Positions 21,659-33,110 of a stretch of DNA of 36,677 nucleotides are shown one piece after another; the stretch's first letter is position 1; every line of letters begins with the position of its first letter. The notes under the pieces were generated by a model. That model worked only from the letters and a program-made list of their open reading frames with translations. It was not told the DNA's origin and searched no databases. The stretch lies in NCBI GenBank assembly GCA_002269645.1, contig NIVC01004732.1, positions 1 to 36,677 of the forward strand, written 5' to 3'. This DNA is from Macrostomum lignano. Taxonomy: Eukaryota. The position numbers and the translations under genes were made by a program.

Positions 21659-21958
21659 ATGCGCCAGCAGCAGCCACAGCCGCTGCCAACGCCGCAGGCC
21701 GGGCTGCCTGGCAGACGGGCCCAGTTCTGCGCCATGTGCTCCCGGGCTCTGGCGGCGGCCGCTTCCAAAACCGGCGAACAGGTCGGCCAGCTGACTGCCC
21801 GGCCTGACCAGGCGGCAACTACTAATTGCACCAGCTCCGTGTTCGACAGCCTGTGCGGTGCCGACGCAGTCACGACCACGACCACGAGACCTGCTGCGGC
21901 GCCCGAGGCCGCCGGCGGCAACAGTGGTGGACTGTTTTCGGATGTCTCTCAGACCCAG
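21659..21958 (+). CDS. Single-pass membrane protein with PPSY motif, first visible coding exon
   Basis: GC3-rich ORF MRQQQPQP...FCAMCSR...NCTSSVFDSLCG...SDVSQTQ with a phase-0 donor CAG/GTTTGT at 21959. There is an in-frame TAA upstream at 21632. An additional upstream exon cannot be excluded. Confidence 0.7.
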
Positions 21959-22037
21959 GTTTGTTTATTTTGGATGATTATTGATTTATAACCACTTACT
22001 GAAGTCTAGGCAAGAGTCTCCACTTGACTGATAATCT

Positions 22038-23225
22038 CACTGAGAATCGCCCCCACCCCAATCAGAATCGCTCCATCCCACTGAGAATCGCCCCCACCCC
22101 AATGAGAATCGCCCCATCCCAGTAAGAATCGCTCCCATCCCTCCATCCCACTGAGAATCGCCCCCACCCCAATGAGAATCGCCCCATCCCAGTAAGAATC
22201 GCTCCCATCCCAATGAGAATCGCCCCCACCCCAATGAGAATCGCCCCATCCCAGTAAGAATCGCTCCCATCCCAATGAGAATCGCCCCCACCCCAATGAA
22301 ATTCGCCCCAACCCAGTAAGAATCGCTCCCATCCCAATGAGAATCGCCCCCATCCCAATGAGAATCGCCCCCATTCCAATGAGAATCGCCCCCATTCCAA
22401 TGAGAATCGCTCTCATCCCAGTAAGAATCGCTCCCATCCCAATGAGAATCGCTCCCATCCCAATGAGAATCGCCCCATCCCAGTAAGAATCGCTCCCATC
22501 CCAGTAAGAATCGCTCCCATCCCAATGAGAATCGCTCCCATCCCAATGAGAATCGCTCCCATCCCAATGAGAATCGTCCCATCCCAGTAAGAATCGCTCC
22601 CATCCCAGTAAGAATCGCTCCCATCCCAATGAGAATCGCCCCCATTCCAATGAGAATCGCTCCCATCCCAATGAGAATCGCTCCCATCCCACTGAGAATC
22701 GCCCCCACCCCAATGAGAATCGCCCCCATTCCAATGAGAATCGCTCCCATCCCAATGAGAATCGCCCCCATCCCAATGAGAATCGCCCCATCCCAGTAAG
22801 AATCGCTCCCATCCCAGTAAGAATCGCTCCCATCCCAGTAAGAATCGCTCCCATTCCAATGAGAATCGCTCCCATCCCAATGAGAATCGCTCCCATCCCA
22901 ATGAGAATCGCTCCCATTCCAATGAGAATCGCTCCCATCCCAATGAGAATCGCTCCCATCCCAATGAGAATCGCCCCCATTCCAATGAGAATCGCTCCCA
23001 TCCCAATGAGAATCGCTCCCATCCCAATGAGAATCGCCCCCATCCCAACGAGACGGTCCCATCCCAATGAGAATCGCTCCCATTTCAATAATAATCGCTC
23101 CCATTCCGATGAGAATCGCTCCCATTCCAATGAGAATCGCTCCCATCCCAATGAGAATCGCCCCCATCCCAATGAGAATCGCCCCCATCCCAATGAGAAT
23201 CGCCCCCACCCCAATGAGAACCGCC
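22038..23225. repeat. 20-21-bp C-rich intronic minisatellite (~56 copies)
   Basis: Unit GAGAATCGC(C/T)CCCATCCCAAT and variants. Confidence 0.97.
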
Positions 23226-23289
23226 TCTACCCGAAAAACAAAGTCTTGAACCGGAGCCGTATACCATATTATCATGGCATCCCGTCCAG

Positions 23290-23691
23290 GTATTCATAGT
23301 GGTCCTTGGCGCCGGGCTCATCATACTGGTCCTGCTAGCCTTGGACAGCGTATTTCGCAGGCAACGAATCGCCTGCATGCGCCGCTGCTGCAAGGCGCCG
23401 GCGCCGAGTCCGAGACACGCCGGCATCGGCCTCGGCGGCGCCGGCGGCGGCGGCGGCATCGTCTACGACTTTGACGGCGCCGCGGACGAGTTGCTCAACC
23501 CTACAGGCGATCCCGGCGGCGCCGCCGTAGCCTTCGCCGCTCCGTCGTCAAATTCGCGGCATCGCGGCGGCAAAACAGGCGGCAGAGCGCCGCACGGTCG
23601 GGATGCGGTGACGCCGCCGCTGGAAGAGGTCTCAACCACCCTGCCGCCGTCCTACGCCTCCTGCATGCACCCTGAGAGAACGGATTTGTGA
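23290..23691 (+). CDS. Single-pass membrane protein with PPSY motif, last exon (spliced 233 aa from ATG 21659)
   Basis: Acceptor GTCCAG/ at 23289. TM helix VFIVVLGAGLIILVLLAL, then a basic and Cys juxtamembrane segment RRQRIACMRRCCK, then C-terminal LPPSYASC and a TGA stop. Phase matches the upstream exon. Confidence 0.78.
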   Translation, partial: VFIVVLGAGLIILVLLALDSVFRRQRIACMRRCCKAPAPSPRHAGIGLGGAGGGGGIVYDFDGAADELLNPTGDPGGAAVAFAAPSSNSRHRGGKTGGRAPHGRDAVTPPLEEVSTTLPPSYASCMHPERTDL

Positions 23692-23843
23692 ATGCGTAGC
23701 CGCCCGCTGGATGTTGCTACTGCTTTCGCCCGTCTTCTTCCGCCGCGAAATGTGTGCTTCGCTATTATTCATTCGACGAATATACTTAAAATTGGAATAG
23801 TCTGCCTTTCGCGCTACCAGAAAATTGCTTCTTCATACCTCTT

Positions 23844-24615
23844 GAACCGCCCCATCCCTATCAAGAATCGCCCCATCCCAATCAAGAATCGCCCCATCCA
23901 AATCAAGAATCGCCCCATCCCAATCAAGAATCGCCCCATCCCAATCAAGAATCGCCCCATCCCATCCAAGAATCGCCCCATCCCATCCAAGAATTGCCCC
24001 ATCCCAATCAAGAATCGCCCCATCCCATCCAAGAATCGCCCCATCCCAATCAAGAATCGCCCCATCCCATCCAAGAATTGCCCCATCCCAATCAAGAATC
24101 GCCCCATCCCATCCAAGAATTGCCCCATCCCAATCAAGAATCGCCCCATCCAAATCAAGAATCGCCCCATCCCAATCAAGAATCGCCCCATCCCATCCAA
24201 GAATCGCCCCATCCCAATCAAGAATCGCCCCATCCAAATCAAGAATCGCCCCATCCCAATCAAGAATCGCCCATCCCATCCAAGAATCGCCCCATCCCAA
24301 TCAAGAATCGCCCCATCCCATCCAAGAATTGCCCCATCCCAATCAAGAATCGCCCCATCCAAATCAAGAATCGCCCCATCCCAATCAAGAATCGCCCCAT
24401 CCAAATCAAGAATCGCCCCATCCCAATCAAGAATCGCCCCATCCCATCCAAGAATCGCCCCATCCCAATCAAGAATCGCCCCATCCCAATCAAGAATCGC
24501 CCCATCCCATCCAAGAATCGCCCCATCCCAATCAAGAATCGCCCCATCCCAATCAAGAATCGCCCCATCCCATCCAAGAATCGCCCCATCCCAATCAAGA
24601 ATCGCCCCATCCCAT
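23844..24615. repeat. 21-bp C-rich minisatellite (~37 copies)
   Basis: Unit AAGAATCGCCCCATCCCAATC / ...CCCATCC, a sibling of the 22038-23225 unit. Confidence 0.97.
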
Positions 24616-25169
24616 CAGATGTTAAAAGCCAGTAGCTGCTTGACAATTGGCATACACGAGCCTCGCATTGTACTACTCTGACTCACTCTCTAGTCGCATT
24701 GTCTCACCAACAATGTATTGTTGAACGAATCGACTTTCCTTTTGTTTATATTGTTTTTCAAGATGCAAAGCAAACGGTTTTTTCTAGTCCGACTGCATAA
24801 CTTTTTACCAGGTTTCTACGCACTGTTTACTCAGTTTTATACAATTGTTTTTGAGCAGTTAAATATTTTGTGTAATTGCTGAGCATGAACTGATATATTA
24901 TAAGCGAAGTAACGATATAACTCTCCTGTAGATTGTATTAATGTTATATTAGTATTTATTTCGTATAGCTGTTCGCTTGCCAACATGCAATGTCCCCAAG
25001 CATGTCTGACTTGAAGTCTGCATTGCCCTATCTATATATATAATATACTCATTCACTATTTCTGTACTGCTATATGTTGTAGCGTGAATGCGCAGATCTC
25101 TCTGCTATATTCCTTCAATGCCTTGTTTTTTAATCATCTGCGATCTCTCATTTTATGTCTTAGCTGTCT

Positions 25170-25348
25170 CTACTATCTTGGCATATTATTTTATCTCAGT
25201 CTATTCTATCTCATCTCACATCGATTCTGTGGTCTCTCCAGACACGCGAAATCTTGAGCCGAATTTATTTGGCCACACCGGAACTCGAACCCGGGTCCTC
25301 GCGGACAACAGAACGATGCGATACCGCTCCTGCCACGACGGACCCCCC
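25170..25348 (-). mobile_element. tRNA-derived SINE
   Basis: The minus strand has A-box-like TGGCAGGAGCGG and B-box-like GGGTTCGAGTTCC at tRNA spacing (25271-25345). The acceptor and anticodon stems do not pair properly, and a GAGAT/AGA-rich tail follows. Confidence 0.7.
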
Positions 25349-26109
25349 AGTTTTATGTTGTTATCTACTAGTATTTATAGTTAGTCTTTTCCTATCTAAA
25401 TTATAGTATCTTATCTTCAGGCTTTTTTTATTTACCAGGTAATTATCGTAATTACCTTTATACCTTGATTAATGCTACAGCAGGACTCAATTGCCTATTT
25501 GGTCTGGCGGGTCCTAGCATTCCTCGGTTTATTTATTAACTTTATTGCCTGTCGTTCTCAGCTGCTCGGACCTATATTATACTTTTAGTGTACTTTTTTA
25601 GCTCTCAAACCCGACTCAACTGAAGAGTTTTAAAAACATAAGCAGTACAGCTGTCGTCTTTACCTGCTATATTATTAATGTATACAAGTGTTCCGTGTCT
25701 TGTTTTTTGCAGGGCATTTTTTTCTTAGCCTGTCACATCTGTTTAGATAAAGCTGACGGTATTATGTAATGATTGCAGAGATTAATAGATCATATATATA
25801 TTGTTATTGTTTATTTATGCATATATTATGTTTTTCACACTTTTTACAATTTGGCACATAGCGCGTTACGCTGAAACCTAATTTTTAATACCAATATTTG
25901 AACTATTAATTATAATTTTAATATTTGATTCATAAATTTATAAAAAAATATAATGTACGCTCCACAGTGATCCAGGCTTCACTATTTGGCCATCTTTTTC
26001 CTACGCTAAATATTAGCTAGAACAGCTCAAAATTGCATAATATAGTTTCAATTTTGCTGAATTTCAATCTCTATTAAATGTTAAGATTGGCAATTCAGAT
26101 TGTTCAAGT

Positions 26110-26213
26110 CCCAGGCCTCCCTCAATCCCCAGGTAGTTTGAATCCCAGGGTCTCCCTAAATCCCTAGGTATTTTGAGTCCCAGGGCCTCCCCAAATCCCT
26201 AGGTAGTTTGATC
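26110..26213. repeat. ~35-bp tandem repeat, 3 copies
   Basis: Unit ~CCCAGGGCCTCCCCAAATCCCTAGGTAGTTTGAAT. Confidence 0.8.
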
Positions 26214-26782
26214 CCGCTCTAATTAGGGTTTTTCAACTATTTGCAACGAGTTCGAATAAAAAATCCACTCATCCAGCAGCATTCTCGGCAGCAGAAAGAT
26301 GTCGCAATTTTTCTCTTTTCTTTCTGCATTTTGAACTGAATTCTCAGAAAATCTAAGCTTAATTGGTTCAGCTCGAATCTTGTGTCCGTTTAACCCTCGC
26401 CCTCGTATTCTGTCTCAAATTCTCTGTTGGGCAGTTAAATTAAAATGCGAGGTAATTTGACTCCATTTCAGTAATTAGGTTTGCCTTGTGGCAGAAAAAT
26501 ATCGATAATTCTCTTTAATCAGTGTAGCGTTACCCCCTCTCAGTCTGCTGCTCTGGCCTTTTTGGAATCCGATTACGGTTACAGATGCTCATTATAAGAC
26601 TTACTAAACACTGCGGGCAAATCTCGGTGGGCAATTTTTGTGCTTCCCTTCAATGTGGGTTAATCTTATAGAGTGGATTAATCTAATCTAGTTGGGAGTA
26701 GATCAATCTCATCTTAGTTGAGAGTAGATCAATCTCATCTGGTTGAGAGTAGATCGATCTGTGGTCAGGTGAGGTTGAAATG

Positions 26783-27249
26783 CCGAGCATCAGACCGATC
26801 AGGGGAGGCTGAGACGCCAAGCATCAGGGGGTCAGGGGAGGCTGAGATACCAAGCATCAGGGGGGTCAGGGGAGGCTGAGACGCCAAGCATCAGGGGTCA
26901 GGGGAGGCTGAGATACCAAGCATCAGGGGGGGGTCAGGGGAGGCTAAGATACCAAGCATCAGGGGGGTCAGAGGAGGCTGAGATACCAAGCATCAGGGGG
27001 GGGTCAGGGGAGGCTGAGATACCAAGCATCAGGGGGGTCAGGGGAGGCTGAGATACCAAGCATCAGGGGGGTCAGGGGAGGCTGAGATACCAAGCATCAG
27101 GGGGGTCAGGGGAGGCTGAGATACCAAGCATCAGGGAGGTCAGGGGAGGCTGAGATACCAAGCATCAGGGGGGTCAGGGGAGGCTAGACGCCAAGCATCA
27201 GGGGGGTCAGGGGAGGCTAGACGCCAAGCATCAGGGGGTCAGGAGAGGT
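26783..27249. repeat. ~34-bp G-rich minisatellite (~14 copies)
   Basis: Unit CCAAGCATCAGGGGGGTCAGGGGAGGCTGAGATA with variable G-run length. Confidence 0.95.
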
Positions 27250-27562
27250 TAGGTAATAAAATATTTCTTCATTTGGTGCTCTCCAGAGGGATGTTAAGAT
27301 TGTCACTCTGAAGAACTGAATTGAACTGAAGAACTGAAACAAATTATAAACTGCTTAACTACTCGCAGTAGTTCGTGCGCTCATTTGCAATGAAATTTTA
27401 ACGAATAAAATAACAGGAGCTGAGCTTGACGCTATATGGGAACTTAGCCCACCACCCAACCACGCTCAGTGTTCCCGGCAACAACTGGGCTCCGCTAGAT
27501 GCGCTTAAAATCTCTTCCCGCGGAGGGAATTATAAGCTAGGGGGTAGGATTTGGTCCCCTTC

Positions 27563-27572
27563 CCCTAGCAAC
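27563..27572. promoter_or_regulatory. RFX half-site (CCCTAGCAAC) ~190 bp upstream of the TPPP start codon
   Basis: Matches the RFX monomer motif CCTAGCAAC, and its position fits a proximal promoter. Confidence 0.4.
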
Positions 27573-27762
27573 GCAAACAGAGCTGGATAGAGGGTGGGGG
27601 GACAGACAGGGGAGTGGGAGAAGTTCATGGCCCAAGTGTACTCTCGCGAGCTCATGCGCGGGTACACAATATTCCTTGAAAAGCCAGACAGAACTGAGCC
27701 TAATCTCTCTGATCCGCTCCGCTCGTAGGCGAATATTTTCAAACTTTCTAAGAAGAAAAATC

Positions 27763-27947
27763 ATGGCCGATCTAAAGTCGAGCTTTGTCGCTTTCTGCGA
27801 CGCCACAAAGAAAGGTTCGGACAAGGCTAGCGACAAAACTATTAAGAAGATCTTCACGGATTGCGGCGTTTTCAAAGCGCTCAAGTTGACTTCGAATGAC
27901 ATGGACATCTCGGTGTCCTCATTTAAGGGCAAGGAGAAGATCAAAGG
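27763..27947 (+). CDS. TPPP: Tubulin polymerization-promoting protein (p25alpha family), exon 1
   Basis: MADLKSSFVAFCD...KIFTDCGV...TSNDMDI..SFKGK, with a phase-2 donor GG/GTAATG at 27948. Confidence 0.88.
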
Positions 27948-28026
27948 GTAATGGGAAATAATTGACACTATGAATTCCTTAGAATTCAGAATAATTGAGT
28001 CTGAATAAAATGTTCTACCAATGCAG

Positions 28027-28174
28027 AGACCTGGACTATAACCAGTTTTGCAACTTTCTAAAGCACTTCTGCGCCGAAGCGGCTACAAAGAAGAAAGTGG
28101 AAAGTGCCGACAAGGCCGAGGAGGCAGTCAAGAAGTTGATTTCAGAGAAAAAGCCGACCGCTCACGGTGCCACG
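28027..28174 (+). CDS. TPPP: TPPP/p25alpha, exon 2
   Basis: Acceptor TGCAG/ at 28026 after a 79-bp intron, DLDYNQFCNFL...KPTAHGAT, then donor ACG/GTAAGG. Confidence 0.88.
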
Positions 28175-28191
28175 GTAAGGGATTCCCTTGG

Positions 28192-28620
28192 CATCCGCCC
28201 ATCTAAATAGTCTATGGCCACTGCACCCGCTCACCTAAATAGTCTATGGCCACTGCACTGCACCCGCTCATCTAAATCGTCTATGGCCACTGGACCCGCC
28301 CATCTAAATAGTCTATGGCCACGGCACTGCACCCGCCCATCTAAATAGTCTATGGCCACTGCACGACTGCACCCACTCATCTTAATAGTCACTCATGCAT
28401 ATATAATATATAATAGTCACTGCACCCACTCATGTCCACTATACCCGCCTATCTAAATAGTCTATGGCCACTGCACCCGCCCATCTCAATAGTCTATGGC
28501 CACTGCACCCGCCCATCTAAATAGTCTATGGCCACTGTACCCGCCCATCTAAATAGTTTACGGCCACTGCACCCGCGCATCTAAATAGTCTATGGCCATG
28601 GCACTGCACCCACCCATCTC
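28192..28620. repeat. 32-bp intronic minisatellite (~12 copies)
   Basis: Unit CTAAATAGTCTATGGCCACTGCACCCGCCCAT with small internal duplications. Confidence 0.93.
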
Positions 28621-28725
28621 CATAGCCTATACAGCTAGTGGTCCTTGTACTAAACACGTATAAAACAGTCTTTGGTAAATCCGTTCGCAGCAAAACATAT
28701 TACTAATTGAAATTTGCTATGGCAG

Positions 28726-28914
28726 GCCGCCTCAAAGGACGGCGCCACAAAGCGCCTGACGGATGTCAAAGGCTACACGGGCGCTCACAAGGAGCGATTT
28801 GACGCCGACTCGGGCAAAGGCAAGGGCAAGGAGGGTCGCGAGGACGTGGCCAAGAACGAAGGCTACGTCAGCGGCTACAAGAACGCCGACACGTACGACG
28901 AAGCCAAGAAGTAG
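28726..28914 (+). CDS. TPPP: TPPP/p25alpha, exon 3 (spliced protein 173 aa)
   Basis: Acceptor GGCAG/ at 28725. [31 protein letters not shown] is the p25alpha signature with its GxGxGxxGR motif, followed by GYVSGYKN. Confidence 0.95.
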   Translation, partial: AASKDGATKRLTDVKGYTGAHKERFDADSGKGKGKEGREDVAKNEGYVSGYKNADTYDEAKK

Positions 28915-29817
28915 ATTGTGGCTCACTTATGAGGCTCCAGATGGCGCCGGAAAACTTTGAAATGCTATACAATAAATCAGGCAAACTTTAAATCTCATAT
29001 TTTAGAATTTGTTTCCTAGCTCGTAGAAACTGCGCTCTGACAGCTAAAGCTTAGTTATACAAAGTATGACGTAATCTGTATTCAGGCATCAAGTTGTGTA
29101 CTCGTAATTTTTTCACCAATACGGTTCACAGTAGTTACTGTTTTTATTCCACTGTCAAATTCAAATGGGCGCCAAAAGTAAAAAATAATTGTTTGATTTC
29201 ATTAGAAAGAAGTTCATGCAATTCGAAGTTTTAAATTTCTAATATACGAGTACTATTTTTGCCTTAGTAGTATGCGTCTAAAAAATTAGGTTTATTAGAT
29301 ACTAAAGTAAAGTTTACCTTCAACTGGTAATTTTAAAGCTTGATGTTGTAAATTTGTTTGTTATTCATTTTATTAAAGTTCGAAAATAAGCACCTACGTG
29401 AGTATTAAGGCTCTTAAATTGATGTTCAGGCGCCAAACTGGGTATCTAAGCGCCAATCTAAGTTTTGAATTGTCAAAAAAGGTTTTGGAATGCCGTAATT
29501 TGTGATTTTATTGGAAGCACTAAAAATATATGCGACATTATTGCCTTAAGGACCAAATGAGTTCAGCTAAGGACAGCGGAACGAGACCGGCTCCCCCATA
29601 TCCTGACAATGGGCCCGCAATCTGCATAGCTAGGCGTGTGCGCGGGGGCTCAGCTGCCTTCTCTATTGTTGGACTCCGCGGGATTGGGCCGACCGTAGGC
29701 GACTGCGCCTGTCTGCATCTTTAATGACAGCCGGCCCGGCATGCTTAGAGCGCTTCTGCCTGAAGCTCAGCTGCAGTACGGCGCTGTACTGGCTTATGGG
29801 GGAGTTTAATTGCTAGG

Positions 29818-30205
<388 letters not shown>

Positions 30206-30823
30206 TAGTGTCTTGTCTCTATCGAGTTTTATCTCATGAAATCTAAAAAAGCGTTTTTGGCGTATAATTGTAATCATATAAGCAAATGTTTTTGTTCCTA
30301 CTTGAAGTAGTTAGGTGAATATTACTTAACATTCCAGACGACAAGCAAAAACCCGAATTCCAAATTTTGTATTGGTTTGCATCCAAAAAACCTATAGGAT
30401 TAGGATGAATGTGCCACAATGTGACCAGATTTGGTAGCTCTGATCTGGATGTATTCCCCCGGTTCTGAACATTTTCTATTCGCAATACTGCAGCGGGTCA
30501 GTTTAATTAAGAAAATTTGCATGCCGACATGAAGCAACAAAACTCGAAAGCGAATAACCAAGAGAATAAAGGAACAGCAGGTGCCTGACTCACGTCTATA
30601 TGAAGAGCCTAAATATGAATTCAGCTTTCTGCTGGGGTCACGATCGGTTCTCAATATGCGGCTAATTGTGCATTTCGTATGGAGTAGAATTCACTATTGA
30701 ATGCGCTTCAGGCATAAGCCTTCATATAATCATAGAGTCGACCCGCAGATATCAGCGAGGCAAGAAGTTATGCCCGTTGTGTAGGTGCAGTCTCTGCTGC
30801 CTTGGTAGCTGTTCCTCATGGGC

Positions 30824-31278
30824 GTGAAGCTTAGAGCTGGTGAAGCTTAGAGCTGGTGAAGCTTAGAGCTGGTGAAGCTTAGAGCTGGTGAAGTTTTGAG
30901 CTTGTGAAGTTTTGAGCTGGTGAAGTTTTGAGCTGGTGAAGCTTAGAGCTGGTGAAGCTTAGAGCTGGTGAAGCTTAGAGCTGGTGAAGCTTTGAGCTGA
31001 TGAAGCTTAGAGCTGGTGCTTAGTGGGTGAAGCTTTGAGCTGGTTAAGATTTGAGCTTGTAAAATTTTAAGCTTTTGAACTTGTGAAGTCTCGTGCTTGT
31101 GAAGTCTCGTGCTTGTGAAGTCTCGTGCTTGTGAAGTCTCGTGCTTGTGAAGTCTCGTGCTTGTGAAGTCTCGTGCTTGTGAAGTCTCGTGCTTGTGAAG
31201 TCTCGTGCTTGTGAAGTCTCGTGCTTGCGAAGTCTCGTGCTTGTGAAGTCTCGTGCTTGTGAAGTCTCGTGCTTGTGA
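30824..31278. repeat. Two adjacent related 16-bp arrays
   Basis: GTGAAGCTTAGAGCTG units (30824-~31080), then GTGAAGTCTCGTGCTT units (31081-31278). Confidence 0.93.
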
Positions 31279-31313
31279 AAGTGACTGGGAAGAGCTGGAC
31301 CGAGTCAGCTTAC

Positions 31314-31708
31314 CACACACGGCGTCCGTATTTCATATCTGTCAATCGCTAACTGGACTTTTCCTTCGCAACTCGAGCGGCAAACTAGCTGAACCCAATT
31401 GCCGCCTGCGGCTGTCGCGTCCTGATTGTGTTTGTCTTCACGGCGGCGCGGCCAATTTCGGAAACAATTTGCCTTCACGTGTGGCCACCGATTGACGGAA
31501 TTGGTTTTGAAGCTGCTTGGGCACCCAATCAGCGAGCTCAGCAGCGCCGAGTCCCCATCTGTGGACTCCGGCTGACAACAGTGCAAATCTGGTTGGCTCG
31601 CTGCCTGGTTTCCAACCCACCTCCCCTTCGGCCAGTGCTTCCCAGCCTTCAAAATCGACACCGGACTGGGAGGATTAGAGAGGCTGCTACCAAACCCAGT
31701 CGACCTAC
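31314..31708 (-). CDS. Candidate internal exon of an unidentified minus-strand gene
   Basis: Open frame bounded by acceptor GATTTTAG/ (31709) and donor GTG/GTAAGC (31313), flanked by satellites on both sides. No recognisable domain, and a competing plus-strand ORF exists. Confidence 0.35.
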
Positions 31709-31835
31709 CTAAAATCAGTTTTTGCTTTATTGAAGCGCAAACTCGAGCAAGGAAACTCAAAGGTAAGATAGTTGCTTAACTTGTTTATCTCTCTGTGTTG
31801 TCTTTCGGTGAGAGAACTTCCACTAGAGTGAGTAG

Positions 31836-32690
31836 TGCATGAAATCGGGTGGGGGTTGCATGAAATCGGATGGGGTTGCATGAAATCGGGGGGGGTTGCA
31901 TGAAATCGGGTGGGGTTGCATGAAATCGGGTGGGGGTTGCATGAAATCGGGTTTGGCTGCATGAAATCCGGTTTGGCTGCATGAAATCGGGTGGGGGTTG
32001 CATGAAATCGGGTGGGGTTGCACGAAATCGGTGAGGGTTGCATGAAATCGGTGGGAGGTTGCATGAAATCGGTGGGTGGGAGGTGCATGAAATCGGGTGG
32101 GGTTGCATGAAATCGGGTGGGGGTTGCACGAAATCGGGTGGGGGTTGCATGAAATCGGGTGGAGGTTGCATGAAATCGGGTGGGAGGTTGCATGAAATCG
32201 GGTGTGGGTTGCATGAAATCGGGTGGGTTGCATGAAATCGGTTTGGCTGCATAAAATCGCGGTAGGCTGCATGAAATCGGGTAGGCTGCATGAAATCGAG
32301 TGGGGCTGCATGAAATCGGGTAGGCTGCCATGAAATCGGGTAGGCTGCATGAAATCGGGTGGGTTGCATGAAATGGTAGGCTGCATGAAATCGGGTGGTG
32401 GGTTGCATGAAATCGGGTGGGGTGCATGAAATCGGTGGGGGGTTGCATGAAATCGGTGGGGTTGCATGAAATCGGGTGGGGGTTGCATGAAATCGGGTGG
32501 GGGTTGCATGAAATCGGGTGGGGGTTGCATGAAATCGGGTGGGTTGCATGAAATCGAGTGGGGGCTGCATGAAATCGGGTGGGTTGCATGAAATCGGTGG
32601 AAGGTTGCATGAAATCGGGTGGGGCTGCATGAAAGCGGGTGGGGCTGCATGAAAGCGGGTGGGGCTGCATGAAACCGGGTGGGGTTGGCA
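31836..32690. repeat. 20-22-bp G-rich minisatellite (~41 copies)
   Basis: Unit TGCATGAAATCGGGTGGGGGT and variants. Confidence 0.96.
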
Positions 32691-32973
32691 TATCAGAGCT
32701 TGAAAGCAGGTATAAAAATACCAGAAAGGCTCTTGTCGATGCCTATCTAAAAATATTGCTATTGAAATTCCAATATTTCATGTAGAAAATAGCTTGTGCT
32801 CCAATCATTGTCAATACTTTATATCAGTTTTCTAACAATCCTCTCTTGCATCGGAGCTTGACAACGGCTTGACAACCAAAAAACTATTTTGGAATAACTG
32901 AACTCGACGATTCCTAGCCACTGAGTAAAAATGCTCACCCAGTTAAAAAAGTTGCCTCTAAGTTTTTTACAAC

Positions 32974-33110
32974 CTGCAGAAGACCAAAATTCAGCTTCCG
33001 TCCCGGTTCTGTTGTTGGCAGTGGCATTTTCAGAATTCCAGTTGGCATCTGCAGTCAGCCGGAGCACTGAATGAATGATGGGTTTTGGGCGACTGCTGTT
33101 AAAACTGCTT
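32974..33110 (-). CDS. Candidate upstream exon of the same minus-strand gene
   Basis: Acceptor CTTTTTAG/ and donor GCAG/GTTGTA (weak). The phase-1 end is compatible with the 31708 exon start. Confidence 0.25.

Noticed and set aside
25271-25345. Functional tRNA gene
   Set aside because: The acceptor and anticodon stems do not pair, and there is no poly-T terminator right after it. Treated as a SINE head.
29530-29800. GC-rich exon-like segment downstream of TPPP
   Set aside because: All frames are short, with no recognisable product or consistent splice boundaries.
30700-30830. KLCPLCR RING-like motif on the plus strand and an SCLADICG motif on the minus strand
   Set aside because: The frames are short, the remaining Cys/His ligands are not in frame, and there are no convincing splice sites.
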